In this document: piece by piece, positions 1 through 9,432 of the stretch
Layout: each line of letters begins with the position of its first letter
Numbering within the stretch: the first letter of the stretch is position 1
Virus record (IMG/VR): IMGVR_UViG_3300037483_000196
Coordinates: 1-30,796 of that record
Length of the DNA: 30,796 nucleotides
Source of the DNA: a virus
Taxonomy: Duplodnaviria; Caudoviricetes
Direction: 5' to 3' (one strand)
Notes under the pieces: generated by a model
Seen by the model: the letters and a program-made list of their open reading frames with translations, nothing else
Databases searched by the model: none
Told to the model about the DNA's origin: nothing
Position numbers and translations under genes: made by a program

Positions 1-11
1 AGGATAACAAA

Positions 12-170
12 ATGGAACGGCTGTACAGAATTTTGTGCTGGCTCGGGATTCATCACTGGATTTATGGGCGTGGGTGGATCGACCTTGGCAGTGGCAACTC
101 GACTTACCACGACGGCTATAGATGTTCGACGTGCGGTAAGTGCAAAACGCCTACATCCCCGGCAGACTGA
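12..170 (+). CDS. Small Cys/His-rich putative Zn-binding phage protein (52 aa)
   Basis: Translated by hand: MERLYRILCWLGIHHWIYGRGWIDLGSGNSTYHDGYRCSTCGKCKTPTSPAD. It has CxxGxHxW...CxxCGK, with AGGA upstream of the ATG. Below the ORF-track length cutoff; converges on the late operon. Confidence 0.55.
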   Translation: MERLYRILCWLGIHHWIYGRGWIDLGSGNSTYHDGYRCSTCGKCKTPTSPAD

Positions 171-390
171 CGCCCACCCCGACGGGTGCCTGGCAATCCG
201 CCTCAACATGTATCTTGTTACCCACACGCTCATACTTCACCGTCTCGCAGTACTGCATCGTAGGCAATCCCGCGCACCCCGATAGGAGACCCAACGCTAA
301 AAGGCCCATACGGCGGGTGAAACAGGGCCAAGGCGCTGTTTTTGAGCCTGACCCTAGGGAAACCCCTAGGCTAAACGTGTTTTCACTCAT
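151..390 (-). CDS. Lipoprotein, possible spanin component
   Basis: Hydrophobic stretch ending in lipobox LLSGC, two further Cys, directly after the amidase with an ATGA overlap. The true start may be the internal MGLLAL. Confidence 0.5.
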   Translation of the reverse strand: MSENTFSLGVSLGSGSKTAPWPCFTRRMGLLALGLLSGCAGLPTMQYCETVKYERVGNKIHVEADCQAPVGVGVSLPGM

Positions 391-962
391 GATCTGCTCC
401 TTTCAAGTATCGTCGCGCTCTCGATCAGCGCTTCTGCCATCACCTCACATACCGTCTCACGCAGCTCGTCGATACGCGTCAGCTCATGGATGAAGAATGG
501 TTCGACGATGATCGCTGGCATCCTCGTCTGCCGCAGGAAGGCATCAACTATCTCGTCCCCCTCCATGTCTCCCTTGTAGTCCACATGCCCCGGTCTGTCC
601 ATTCTGTACCACCCCTCCTTAATGCCACGGTTCGGCGCGCAGAATGAACTGATGGCCTTCTGCACATTCTCGGCGATGCGCATGCCGCGCCGGCTATTCG
701 GCGCATATAGTGTCTCGCAGCCCTTCGCCTTGATACTGCCTGCGTTAAAGTGTATCTCCACTGCGCTGGTGATATCGGGCGTCGCATTGATCCATGCGAT
801 CTTGTGCCGTAGCGGCAGGTTACTGGGCACCTTGACGCCGGCAGTGTCAAGATACTTCAGCAGCGACTGTTGCCACGACACCGTCAAATCATGCTCGCAA
901 ATCTTGCCATAGCATGCGCCTCGGCGACGCGGATCATGCCCAGCTGAGACTGCTATCTTCAT
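387..962 (-). CDS. Endolysin, N-acetylmuramoyl-L-alanine amidase (Amidase_3 type)
   Basis: Zn-amidase motifs SAGH, CEHDL, EIHFNA, GCETLY and IIVEPFF. AAGGAG lies upstream of the ATG at 962. Confidence 0.9.
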   Translation of the reverse strand: MKIAVSAGHDPRRRGACYGKICEHDLTVSWQQSLLKYLDTAGVKVPSNLPLRHKIAWINATPDITSAVEIHFNAGSIKAKGCETLYAPNSRRGMRIAENVQKAISSFCAPNRGIKEGWYRMDRPGHVDYKGDMEGDEIVDAFLRQTRMPAIIVEPFFIHELTRIDELRETVCEVMAEALIESATILERSRS

Positions 963-1207
963 TCGCACTCCTTCTTAAGATGAATCTCGACCAGCGTGTC
1001 GATGCGCTCCAGGCGCTGCTCGATCAGTGCCCACCGTTTGATATCCTCATCAGCATGCGCTTGTGACTTCACAACTTCGCGCTCCAATGTGACGATTCTG
1101 CCGTCGTGGTTTTGCGTTAAAACATAGGTCGTCACCACAGCGGCGAGCAAGGCAATTATCAGGCGCTCCGCCAGGTTGCTGCTCAGCTCCTTAAGGAACT
1201 CAGCCAT
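959..1207 (-). CDS. Holin-like membrane protein
   Basis: One TM segment (LIIALLAAVVTTYVL) plus a coiled-coil C-terminus, immediately upstream of the endolysin. Confidence 0.55.
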   Translation of the reverse strand: MAEFLKELSSNLAERLIIALLAAVVTTYVLTQNHDGRIVTLEREVVKSQAHADEDIKRWALIEQRLERIDTLVEIHLKKECE

Positions 1208-1209
1208 GG

Positions 1210-1857
1210 TCAGGTATCCGGCGTCACGCGCTGGATGTGCGTACCATCAGAATAGATGACTGCGCGCTTGGTATTGGCGATCAGTGCGCCAGACCCCGCC
1301 GCAGTCTTCAGCTCAAGAAGCTGCCCGGTCGAGTTACAGACTGTATATTGGGCAATGTCATCCGGGAATGTGATCGCTCTCGACGTCGTCAACGTACCAA
1401 GGAATTCCAGGATACTGCAAGCCGCCTCATCCTGTGTCAGCGTGTAATTGGCGTCGGACATGGATATGGCTCGGCGTCGAGCGTCGGGTTGGCGCATTAC
1501 ACGATGATCAGCGTAGGTATTCACAGTGCTCACTAGCGCAGCGATGGAATATAGCGGAACCTTGCCCGCTGTAAACTGTGACGTTACCTTCGTCAATAGC
1601 CCCGTAGTCGGAGATGCTTCGATGTAATTGACTGCGCTTGCTGTCAGCGTCACGATGCTGTTGGTGATCGTCGTCAATGAGCCGTTCGTCAACCGCGCGC
1701 GCCCGCCGTAGAAGCCCCATGTCAACCCGGTCGTGGTGGATGCCCTGCGCCCGTACAGAGAGGGAGGGCTGAGCGCGTCGAATATTTCGTTGGCTGTCTC
1801 CTCCTTGTCCTCCTGGCTGCTGCTGATCGTATCGAGATTACTCGTGCTGTCTGCCAT
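1210..1857 (-). CDS. Tail fibre / tail-tip appendage protein
   Basis: Follows the tail-tip genes. N-terminus (ISSSQEDKEETANE) resembles fibre anchors that follow GTA-like megatron genes; the rest is Thr/Ser-rich and beta-prone. Confidence 0.6.
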   Translation of the reverse strand: MADSTSNLDTISSSQEDKEETANEIFDALSPPSLYGRRASTTTGLTWGFYGGRARLTNGSLTTITNSIVTLTASAVNYIEASPTTGLLTKVTSQFTAGKVPLYSIAALVSTVNTYADHRVMRQPDARRRAISMSDANYTLTQDEAACSILEFLGTLTTSRAITFPDDIAQYTVCNSTGQLLELKTAAGSGALIANTKRAVIYSDGTHIQRVTPDT

Positions 1858-3320
1858 CAGATCGCTCCTTGAAGAACGAAGCCGCGCCCCATGACGCTGG
1901 ACTTCTGGTACACGCGCGTGTAGACCGGGTACTGGTTGCTGCCGAAGTCAGCGAACTGCATCGAGTTCGTGTAGATCACCGAATGTGTCGTCTGATCAGT
2001 GAAGGTACGCTTCAGAGTCGTGTAACTGCTAGTGTCCCAAATCTCTACGTCGTATGCCTCACTTGTTTCGCCAAGCGCGATGTCGGCAAAATCATGCCAC
2101 GCGGCACCGAGACGTGACCTGCGCAGCCAATAGAGGGTGAGGCTGCCAGGCCCATTGCGCCCGCCGCTCAGGTGGACCGGGTTGTAGCATTCCTGGCCAA
2201 TGTTGTCACAGGTGAAGGCGACTGACGGTGTGTTTTCCAGCACCCCGCCGACGGTGACGGCCTTGTATAGCCGTTCTGCGCCTATCTCAGCCGAGCCTAT
2301 CGTCACGCGCTCGAGCGTCGACACGCTGAGCAGTACAAACCTGTCGCCTGCCGCGTGGCTGGCTGTCGTGCGCTCGGTGCCGCGCCTGCCCCGGCGCAAC
2401 CCGTTGAGCGTATAGGTGCCGTCTCCGTTCAGCGTAGCTGTCTTGAACTGGATCACTTCGTCACCAAGCAGCGCGGCATTCGCGCCGTTCAGCATCGCCG
2501 CGTGGGTCGTGCTCGATAGCGTGCCATAGGTCAGCCGCACCGTCACGGTGCCGGACTCATCGACGATATCGGTGCGCCCATCCGCCAGCGCATCTGTCGC
2601 CGCACCCATCGTGCTCGGCTCGGTGAGGGTGGCCACGCTGGACCACGTTTGGCCGCCGTCAGAACTCTTGAACAGCACCGCGCCGCCCCAACCGGCGTTC
2701 GATCCGCAGGCCGCGACATAGAAGCCGATGCCCTCGTCCGTGTCGCGGAACAGGGTACTGTCGATCAGTTCCAGCCGCGTGACGGCCAACGGATAGATGG
2801 TCGAGTCGGGCACTGGCGCCGGTGCCCCAGGACCTGTGAATGTATTCACGCTCAAGTCATCGACCACCAGCTTGAACTTGTTGATGCCTGGACTGCCCTC
2901 GTCCCGACTGACGATGCGCGCGCGGTACGTCACGTCGCCACTCTCGTACGTCACAACGTCAGTCGGCTCCAGCCGTGAATGCTTGCGCGATAGGACGCGC
3001 TCGATCTCGGTGCGCGATGCATAGGCGTCGTAGATCATCGAGTCGGCGATGCGCTTGGCCTCGGCATCCGTCAACACCAATGGCAATTCAACCCCGACGA
3101 TCTGGATGCTCGATCCAACCATGCGCTGCGCAAACTGGAGACCCTGTTGGTAGTCCGCCGCTGCGTTGGAGTAGGTGACGTTTACGCGGCGCGGCAGCTC
3201 AGGTTCCTGCTTCCTGGTATTGGCAGCAGCGATAGCAGAATTCTCGACAACAAGATCATCCGTCGTGATCGTAGCTGCCGACGCGCCACCCCGCTTGACG
3301 AATTTGATCTTGCCGGCCAT
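1857..3320 (-). CDS. Tail-tip hub / megatron-like protein, C-terminal part (Phage-tail_3-like)
   Basis: ELPRRVNVTY...DYQQG, LEPTDVV, NGANAALLGDEVIQF, LRRGRRGTE and HAAGDRFVLL are typical of RcGTA g15-like proteins. Confidence 0.85.
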   Translation of the reverse strand: MAGKIKFVKRGGASAATITTDDLVVENSAIAAANTRKQEPELPRRVNVTYSNAAADYQQGLQFAQRMVGSSIQIVGVELPLVLTDAEAKRIADSMIYDAYASRTEIERVLSRKHSRLEPTDVVTYESGDVTYRARIVSRDEGSPGINKFKLVVDDLSVNTFTGPGAPAPVPDSTIYPLAVTRLELIDSTLFRDTDEGIGFYVAACGSNAGWGGAVLFKSSDGGQTWSSVATLTEPSTMGAATDALADGRTDIVDESGTVTVRLTYGTLSSTTHAAMLNGANAALLGDEVIQFKTATLNGDGTYTLNGLRRGRRGTERTTASHAAGDRFVLLSVSTLERVTIGSAEIGAERLYKAVTVGGVLENTPSVAFTCDNIGQECYNPVHLSGGRNGPGSLTLYWLRRSRLGAAWHDFADIALGETSEAYDVEIWDTSSYTTLKRTFTDQTTHSVIYTNSMQFADFGSNQYPVYTRVYQKSSVMGRGFVLQGAI

Positions 3321-5113
3321 TACCCAGTCTCCACGCCTTCGTAGCGGTACGCGGCCAGCAGCGGTTCTAAGAGCGAACGCGCGGGCGCTTGGCGCGTTAC
3401 AAACCAGCCAGTGACGTTCTCAGTCACACCCGTCACATCGATGTCGCTCGCGCTCAGCCCGGCGCTCTCGGATATGTACGTGATGATGCTCGCCAGCGTA
3501 GGGTCGGCAGACGTGACCATCTTGACGTGCGGCAGGATACCGACGCCAATGCTGCCTCCGACGCCCCACAGCTTATCGTCTATCATGAACATCCGTGCAG
3601 CGTCATTGGATGTGTCATTTATGGTAATCAAGTCAACTGTGTTGAAGTCAGAATCGAGTATCAGCAAGTAACCGCTGCCTGCCGTATTTGGTGAACCGAT
3701 GTAATAAAACCCGTTGTCTTTTGTAATAGACGCACCGTCGCCCGGTGGCGTTGGCAGGGCGTGATCGACTACATCAAACCCAGGCAAATTTACTTGACGA
3801 ATCTTTCCGAAACCCGCCTCGATGCGCACCCAAAGCAGCGCGTCCAAATCCTCATCGTAATAGACATCTTCGCCTGTTGAACTATCTACTACATCACCAA
3901 CAAATAGATCCATCTTTCCGCCATCAACAAGACTGGTGATTAGCAGACCAGTAATATTTGGACCATGCGATACTGCTATTGAATGCGCAGGTATCGCCAA
4001 TGAATACGTCACGCTACCTGAATAGCCAGGAGCTGAAGAGACAATCAATGTATCTATGTCAATCAGCCTGGCCGTATTTACGCCGGTGTAATTGTTGAAC
4101 AGGATGATTTTGCGCATAGTCGGCGAATATGCCATCGAAGTGCCTATTGGCGTGCCAGTAGCAGTCACGCGAATGGTTCCAATTTCAGACAGCGAAATTG
4201 CAGAGAAACGCCATATCGCAGCTCCTGTGCCGGAAGAACCGCTGGAAGCATTTGAAACCCATATCTCATCCAGCTCTTCGACGTAGAATGGCGTATGAGC
4301 GGCTGTACTGATATTTCCAGTTGGCAGCGCGTCTACTGTGTTACTCACCAGTATCGTTTGCGTAGCAGTGTCCCACACGTCCACAGTCGTGTTGCTGGAG
4401 ACCACCCACAATCTTCCAACGTTGTCGAACGTACCACGCGTTCCTGTGCCTAAATCGACCACAGCCGGATACGCCAGCGAACCATCAACTACCTCGAAGG
4501 TGAAGTTAGGAATGCGGTTGCCATACTTTTCCAGCGCGAATTGCTCCATCACCATGTAGCATTGACCGCGATAGGCTGGCGTCGCCCCGACGCCTTGCAC
4601 GGATTCGATCAGCGGGTCAGGTTCCTGGGTCTCGCTGCCTGTGTAAAAGCGGATAGGCAGATCGCTGCCTGTATAGCCTGTATTCGTGCTCGTGATATCG
4701 TAGATCAACTGGCCGTCCGCCCACACCTTGCGCACCAGCTTCTCGCCCTCACAGATCGAAATAGCCGCGTTGGCGTAATACGAAAAGGTCGTCGAGGTTC
4801 CGCCGCCGCCGCCCTTGCCGCCGTAGCTCTGGCTATGGCTCTGCTCGACAAGGTCTGTCGACCAGATGATGTTCCCGGCGAAGCGGGCGCGGCCCTTGGA
4901 TATGGGGATCATCGTTCCGTAGGCGGAACTCTGGACGGTCTTGTCCGTCAGGCGCGGACCTTGCTGGTCTGGCATGTCCGGGCCGAAAAGAAGACTGCCA
5001 GCGAACGAACCGATTGCCCAGCCGATCTGCGCCCCGGTCAGACCAAAAGCCCCAGCAGCAAAAAATGTACCGCCAAACCAGGAACTAGCAGCAGCTAAGG
5101 CAAGCTCGGCCAT
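3320..5113 (-). CDS. Tail-tip hub / megatron-like protein, N-terminal part with beta-propeller-like insert
   Basis: GPRLTD...SSAYG..IP, GNIIW, GGKGGGG, AISICEG, VWADG, FYTGSETQEPDPLI, PAYRG and YGNRIPNFTFEV motifs. Confidence 0.85.
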   Translation of the reverse strand: MAELALAAASSWFGGTFFAAGAFGLTGAQIGWAIGSFAGSLLFGPDMPDQQGPRLTDKTVQSSAYGTMIPISKGRARFAGNIIWSTDLVEQSHSQSYGGKGGGGGTSTTFSYYANAAISICEGEKLVRKVWADGQLIYDITSTNTGYTGSDLPIRFYTGSETQEPDPLIESVQGVGATPAYRGQCYMVMEQFALEKYGNRIPNFTFEVVDGSLAYPAVVDLGTGTRGTFDNVGRLWVVSSNTTVDVWDTATQTILVSNTVDALPTGNISTAAHTPFYVEELDEIWVSNASSGSSGTGAAIWRFSAISLSEIGTIRVTATGTPIGTSMAYSPTMRKIILFNNYTGVNTARLIDIDTLIVSSAPGYSGSVTYSLAIPAHSIAVSHGPNITGLLITSLVDGGKMDLFVGDVVDSSTGEDVYYDEDLDALLWVRIEAGFGKIRQVNLPGFDVVDHALPTPPGDGASITKDNGFYYIGSPNTAGSGYLLILDSDFNTVDLITINDTSNDAARMFMIDDKLWGVGGSIGVGILPHVKMVTSADPTLASIITYISESAGLSASDIDVTGVTENVTGWFVTRQAPARSLLEPLLAAYRYEGVETG

Positions 5114-5529
5114 CAGGCGATCCCCCTGAAGCTATAGCAGCCCCTGACGCGGTGCTGCCAGTGATTGCCGAATCCGTTGACGACTACCTTGCCCGCATTG
5201 GCGTAGGTGTGGAGCATCCGGTCGTAATCGATCAGCAGCGCCACGTGCTTAGGCTTGCCCTTGCCAAGGGCCATCAGTACAAGATCGCCCGGCTCGGCAT
5301 CTATCAGCCGCTTACGATCCATGTGTGCATCCAGCAGCCGCACCAGCTCGTCGCTGTCCGGATCACGCTCGTAATCGGCTTTGTCGTAGTCGGTGATGCC
5401 GAGGTCGTGCGCCGTGCAGATCACGAGACCGACGCAGTCTACCCCACTGCGGCTCCGTCCTTGGTGCAGGAACGGCACGCCGACGTATGTCAGCGCCGTC
5501 GCTACGATGAGGTCTCTAGCGACCGCCAT
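5113..5529 (-). CDS. NlpC/P60 tail-associated peptidase
   Basis: YVGVPFLHQGRSRSGVDCVGL with catalytic Cys, plus HVAL and MLH; position equivalent to RcGTA g14. Confidence 0.9.
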   Translation of the reverse strand: MAVARDLIVATALTYVGVPFLHQGRSRSGVDCVGLVICTAHDLGITDYDKADYERDPDSDELVRLLDAHMDRKRLIDAEPGDLVLMALGKGKPKHVALLIDYDRMLHTYANAGKVVVNGFGNHWQHRVRGCYSFRGIA

Positions 5530-6364
5530 AATCCAGCGCCTTGTCGATTCCGGGAAGATGCGGCTCGCCACGGAAGTTAATACCGTTATTGAACTTACTC
5601 ACGCACGTGGTGAACAGTTTGTCGTCACCTGCGATCATCGCGTAGCTGTCGCCGCTGTTGATGGTGTAGGGCATCGGCAACACCAGCGTGACGAGCGTAC
5701 CTGTCAATGCGTAGTTCTTGACCTCCATGCTGGCGCCGCTGTTTGCGCCCGCCGCCCACGTCACCAGTCCGTAGTCGAACCAGCCAGCAGATTCAGTGCG
5801 CGTGGCGTCGGCGAAGGTCTGGCGGTCCGATGGTTGCGTCGATACTGCGCCTGTGACCGTGTAAGAAGTGACGTTGATCTTGCAGCGTGTGTCACCGAAG
5901 TTGGCGCGGCACCCGGCTGAATACGACTCACCGATGATGTTGGTGTATGCCTGGGTCAAGCCGCGCAGCTCGGCGGTGAAATTGTGCAGGCCGCTCTTGA
6001 TCTCACCAAGATGGCCGCGCCTGTGATGAAGCGTGCCCATGGCCACATTCTTATAGTTGACCTCAAACACCTCGATCTCTGCATAGTCCCACTTGCCCGC
6101 CACAAGGTCGGCTTCAGTCAGCGACGGCGAGGATAGCAGGCCATCAATATCGAGGTTGTCCACAGCCAGTCCTGTGGTCGTGCGGATGGCCGTCGGCGTG
6201 AATCCAGTCGAAGCCTCATAGGTGATTCCGCTGATGACAAGATCAGCATCATGACTCGTGAACCCAAGCACAAGCCCGTCCGCGCGCGTGACCTTCCAGC
6301 ACATCGCCATGGTCGTGACCTCAAGCAGCATGTGCGCCGCGAGGCTTGTGCTGGCAGTCTTCAT
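5516..6364 (-). CDS. DUF2163 / BR0599-like tail hub protein
   Basis: CWKVTRADG.VLGFTSHD, CRANFGDTRC and C..KFNNGINFRGEPHLPG. Start taken at MKTAS (ATGA overlap). Confidence 0.9.
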   Translation of the reverse strand: MKTASTSLAAHMLLEVTTMAMCWKVTRADGLVLGFTSHDADLVISGITYEASTGFTPTAIRTTTGLAVDNLDIDGLLSSPSLTEADLVAGKWDYAEIEVFEVNYKNVAMGTLHHRRGHLGEIKSGLHNFTAELRGLTQAYTNIIGESYSAGCRANFGDTRCKINVTSYTVTGAVSTQPSDRQTFADATRTESAGWFDYGLVTWAAGANSGASMEVKNYALTGTLVTLVLPMPYTINSGDSYAMIAGDDKLFTTCVSKFNNGINFRGEPHLPGIDKALDYGGR

Positions 6365-7245
6365 GTCGAGGCTGACCCCACGCGCAGCTCGACCACCATG
6401 ATCGAGTCCCACGCCAGCACATTTTGGAAGTCCACGCGCGCGCGCATTTTGTCGGTGTCGAACCGACACGGCACATCGTATTCACCCGCCCATGTCAGAG
6501 TTTCTGAATTCTGAGGAAACTTGCTTGCCGCCGCGCTGTTGCTGGCTGTGAACACCCCATAGCTGTTGGTATTGACGCCTAGCGTGTATATGTTTGGGTC
6601 AACGACGCCAATGGTGAAGACGACGCTATTCGCCTCGGTCATGCCTGTGATGTGATGCAGCAGCAGTTTGTTGTTGGTGGAGAAGCCATGGCCGGATGAA
6701 ACTACTGCTCCTGGGCTGGCATTGCTGATGCTGGATATCAGCTTGGTCGAGTCCGCGACGAAGGCGACTGTGCCCGAATTGGCGTAGACATTGCAGTTGC
6801 CGGCTGCCGAGCCGACTGTGACAGGGGAACCGTTACGGTAGACGGTAGATGTGCCAGATACTGGTTTCGTGATCTCGCGCAGGTAGTCCAGCGTGCCCGC
6901 AGCATAATGCTTGGCCATGGTGTAGGTTGCCAACGCGGCGCCCGTTGCACTGCTGCCGAGCCAGCCGTCGCCTGATGCCTGGTAGGTCTTGTAATCGCTC
7001 CAATCCTTGAACCTGAAACCGTGCGCACGACCACGCACCGAACGGAAAAACGCAACGAGCGTCTCCATCTGTCCCTGGCTGCGCACGCCGTGAGACACGT
7101 CGAACATCGCACGCGCGGCTTCCCAGTTTTCATTGCGCTGTTCATGGCCTGACTTGAGAATGACCACGTCCGTGTTGAATTCAGGACCGCCGACCACACC
7201 GTAGCTGATGTCGTCCGGGAAGCGAGGCGTTTCAATAAAGGCCAT
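6361..7245 (-). CDS. DUF2460 distal tail (Dit-like) protein with an inserted domain
   Basis: F.E.PRFPDDISYG..GGPEF.T, SGHEQRN, FFRSVRGRAHGFRFKDWSDY and EYDVPCRFDTD. Confidence 0.9.
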   Translation of the reverse strand: MAFIETPRFPDDISYGVVGGPEFNTDVVILKSGHEQRNENWEAARAMFDVSHGVRSQGQMETLVAFFRSVRGRAHGFRFKDWSDYKTYQASGDGWLGSSATGAALATYTMAKHYAAGTLDYLREITKPVSGTSTVYRNGSPVTVGSAAGNCNVYANSGTVAFVADSTKLISSISNASPGAVVSSGHGFSTNNKLLLHHITGMTEANSVVFTIGVVDPNIYTLGVNTNSYGVFTASNSAAASKFPQNSETLTWAGEYDVPCRFDTDKMRARVDFQNVLAWDSIMVVELRVGSAST

Positions 7246-9432
7246 TTACAAATTCCTCCGTGCCCGTTGCAGGGCGGCAGCGGCATCAGCGATCATCTGG
7301 CCTTGACTCCGGCGGAAACTGTCGGCATCGGGCGTCTGGATGTTGAAATTGAAGTTCACCGCACCACCCATATCCTTCGGTTGGCCAACCTGCACGCGCT
7401 CGCCTGGCGTTGCCTTAAACGCTACCAGCTGGCTATCTGGTCCACCGACGCCGCCGACGTCGAAGCTGCCACCAGTCTGGAATGCTAATGACGGAAAACC
7501 GATACCCGCCGCGAGGTTGCCGCCGAAGCCGAGACTGGAGCCACTAAACATGCTGCTGGCTGCCGAGCTAGTTGCACCACCGAATAGATTTTTTAGAAAA
7601 TTGGGCGCGCTGCTGCCACCAATGAATCCGCCGATGTTTCCTGTCTTCCCAAAGTCGCCGAACAGGAAATTGTTCAGTTTCGATGCAAGCAGATCAGCAA
7701 CCATCTTATCGATAGTGCGCTTGAAGCTGTCCGCCAGGTTCCCCATCTTGCCTTGCAGCGCGTCGAAGAAGAACGTGCTCATCGCGTCCTGCATATTGCG
7801 CGCCGCCTGTTTGGTGAACTCGGTCATCTCGTCCAGGTCGGTCTTGATGAGTTTCTTGGCATCCTCGAACGCCTGGGCCAGCGCCTGCGAGCTTATAGGC
7901 GTGCCTTGTTTGGCCATTTCCTCAGACACCGCGTGAATGCGCTCTAGTTCTCTGGAATAGGCCCGCATCGGGTCAGCCGCATCCTCCAATTCCGAGGCCA
8001 TGGCTTTCATAGAATCTGTGTATTCGATATTCTGCCTGGTAATCTCGTTCTGTGTTTCCAGCAAATGTTTGTCGGCTTCCGCTTGATCTTCAGATAATTT
8101 CTTAGCCTGCTCCTTGGCTGTGAGTGTGCTTAACAAGGCCATGTTCTCAGCTCTAAGCGCAGCAGCATTGCGTCCGCTGATGCGGGATAGCTCGCCGTGC
8201 TCCAGGTTCCACCTCTTAACTGCATCCGCGCCCATGCCAAATGTAGCGATGCTGCGCTGAAGCTCCTCGCGCATCGACTTGAGTGGAGCGAGCGGGTCTG
8301 CGCCTGCGCCGCCAGTTTTCAATACAGGAACAATCGGCACCGTTCTGCCCTGCGCAGCGGCAGTTCCAGAAGGCGGCGTTTGGATACGCTTCACTTCTGC
8401 TTCTATCAGTGTATTGCGCAAGGTGCGAAGATCTTTGATGCGCTTCTCCAAAGACCCGTAGTCGTTGAAGATGTCGAATATGCTACCCTTCTTCATCAGC
8501 GACAGTTGCTTCTCAGCTATGCGCAGCTCCGTGTTGACCTTGTTGAGCTGCTTGGATGCCTCCATCGCGGGGTTGATGCCGCCGCCGATGTTGCCCAGCG
8601 CGATGGCAACTGCGTTGATGGCAGGGATCATGCCAGTTAGCAGCTCTATCTTGAACGCCTGCCACGACGCTGACAGCTTGTCTACGGATTGATCCGCATT
8701 ACGCCCAGCCTCCAGCAATGCTTCGCCCATCACAGGCGCGAGCTCGATGGTCTCCCGCAGTTGGCCATTGAGCGCCGGAAGAACCTGGCTGGCACCGCGC
8801 CCCATCAGGCGCATCGCAGTCAGCGCCTTCTCCGGCCCTTGCAAGTTGGACAGCTTGTCGTCGATGTCGAGAAGAACCTCGAACGCAGGACGCAGTTCTC
8901 CTGTCGTGGAATCTCTAATCTGAATGCCCATCCGCGCGAACTCAGCGGACAGCTGCTTGTTACCCTCGGCGGCGGAAGCGATCTGTCGGTTGAGCATGAA
9001 GATCGCGGTCTCCATCGAACCGAACGACAAGCCACTCTGTGACGCCACGAATTGGAGTTGCTGCACCTGCTCAGTTGTGATGAGAAGTCTCGCTGCTGTA
9101 TTGTCGAGTTGCTCGACCGTGTTGCCAAGCTTGATAAACATCGAAGCGAAAGCTGCTGTCAGCAGCCCAACGCCGGTAGCTGCTATTCCAGCAGCGCCAC
9201 CTATCCCTCCGAGCGCGGCCACGACATTGTTTATAGGTGCTGGAGTGAACCGCGTCAACTCGGAACTGACACCGCGCAGCCCATTCTGAAGCGAGGACAT
9301 TTCCTTAGTGAGGGCGGATGATGTTTTGGTTGCATTGCCAAGTTCGGCCTTTATTTGACTACCAATACGCCGCAGCCCGGCCTCGACCTGGCTGGCACCT
9401 TCCAACTGAGTGGTAATGCTTACATCAGCCAT
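7246..9432 (-). CDS. Tape measure protein
   Basis: 728 aa, Ala/Gly-rich and helical, located after the chaperone. C-terminal FQTGGSF.VGG.GG.DSQLVAFKATPGE and NIQTPDADSFRRSQGQ. Confidence 0.9.
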   Translation of the reverse strand: MADVSITTQLEGASQVEAGLRRIGSQIKAELGNATKTSSALTKEMSSLQNGLRGVSSELTRFTPAPINNVVAALGGIGGAAGIAATGVGLLTAAFASMFIKLGNTVEQLDNTAARLLITTEQVQQLQFVASQSGLSFGSMETAIFMLNRQIASAAEGNKQLSAEFARMGIQIRDSTTGELRPAFEVLLDIDDKLSNLQGPEKALTAMRLMGRGASQVLPALNGQLRETIELAPVMGEALLEAGRNADQSVDKLSASWQAFKIELLTGMIPAINAVAIALGNIGGGINPAMEASKQLNKVNTELRIAEKQLSLMKKGSIFDIFNDYGSLEKRIKDLRTLRNTLIEAEVKRIQTPPSGTAAAQGRTVPIVPVLKTGGAGADPLAPLKSMREELQRSIATFGMGADAVKRWNLEHGELSRISGRNAAALRAENMALLSTLTAKEQAKKLSEDQAEADKHLLETQNEITRQNIEYTDSMKAMASELEDAADPMRAYSRELERIHAVSEEMAKQGTPISSQALAQAFEDAKKLIKTDLDEMTEFTKQAARNMQDAMSTFFFDALQGKMGNLADSFKRTIDKMVADLLASKLNNFLFGDFGKTGNIGGFIGGSSAPNFLKNLFGGATSSAASSMFSGSSLGFGGNLAAGIGFPSLAFQTGGSFDVGGVGGPDSQLVAFKATPGERVQVGQPKDMGGAVNFNFNIQTPDADSFRRSQGQMIADAAAALQRARRNL

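Noticed and set aside
352-370. Inverted repeat CCTAGGG-aaac-CCCTAGG as a terminator
   Set aside because: It lies within the lipoprotein ORF's 5' region and has no adjacent U-tract in either direction.
1857-7245. Region as a bona fide gene transfer agent
   Set aside because: The Mu-like head genes, long tape measure, adjacent helicase, lysis cassette and accessory genes indicate a phage rather than an RcGTA cluster.
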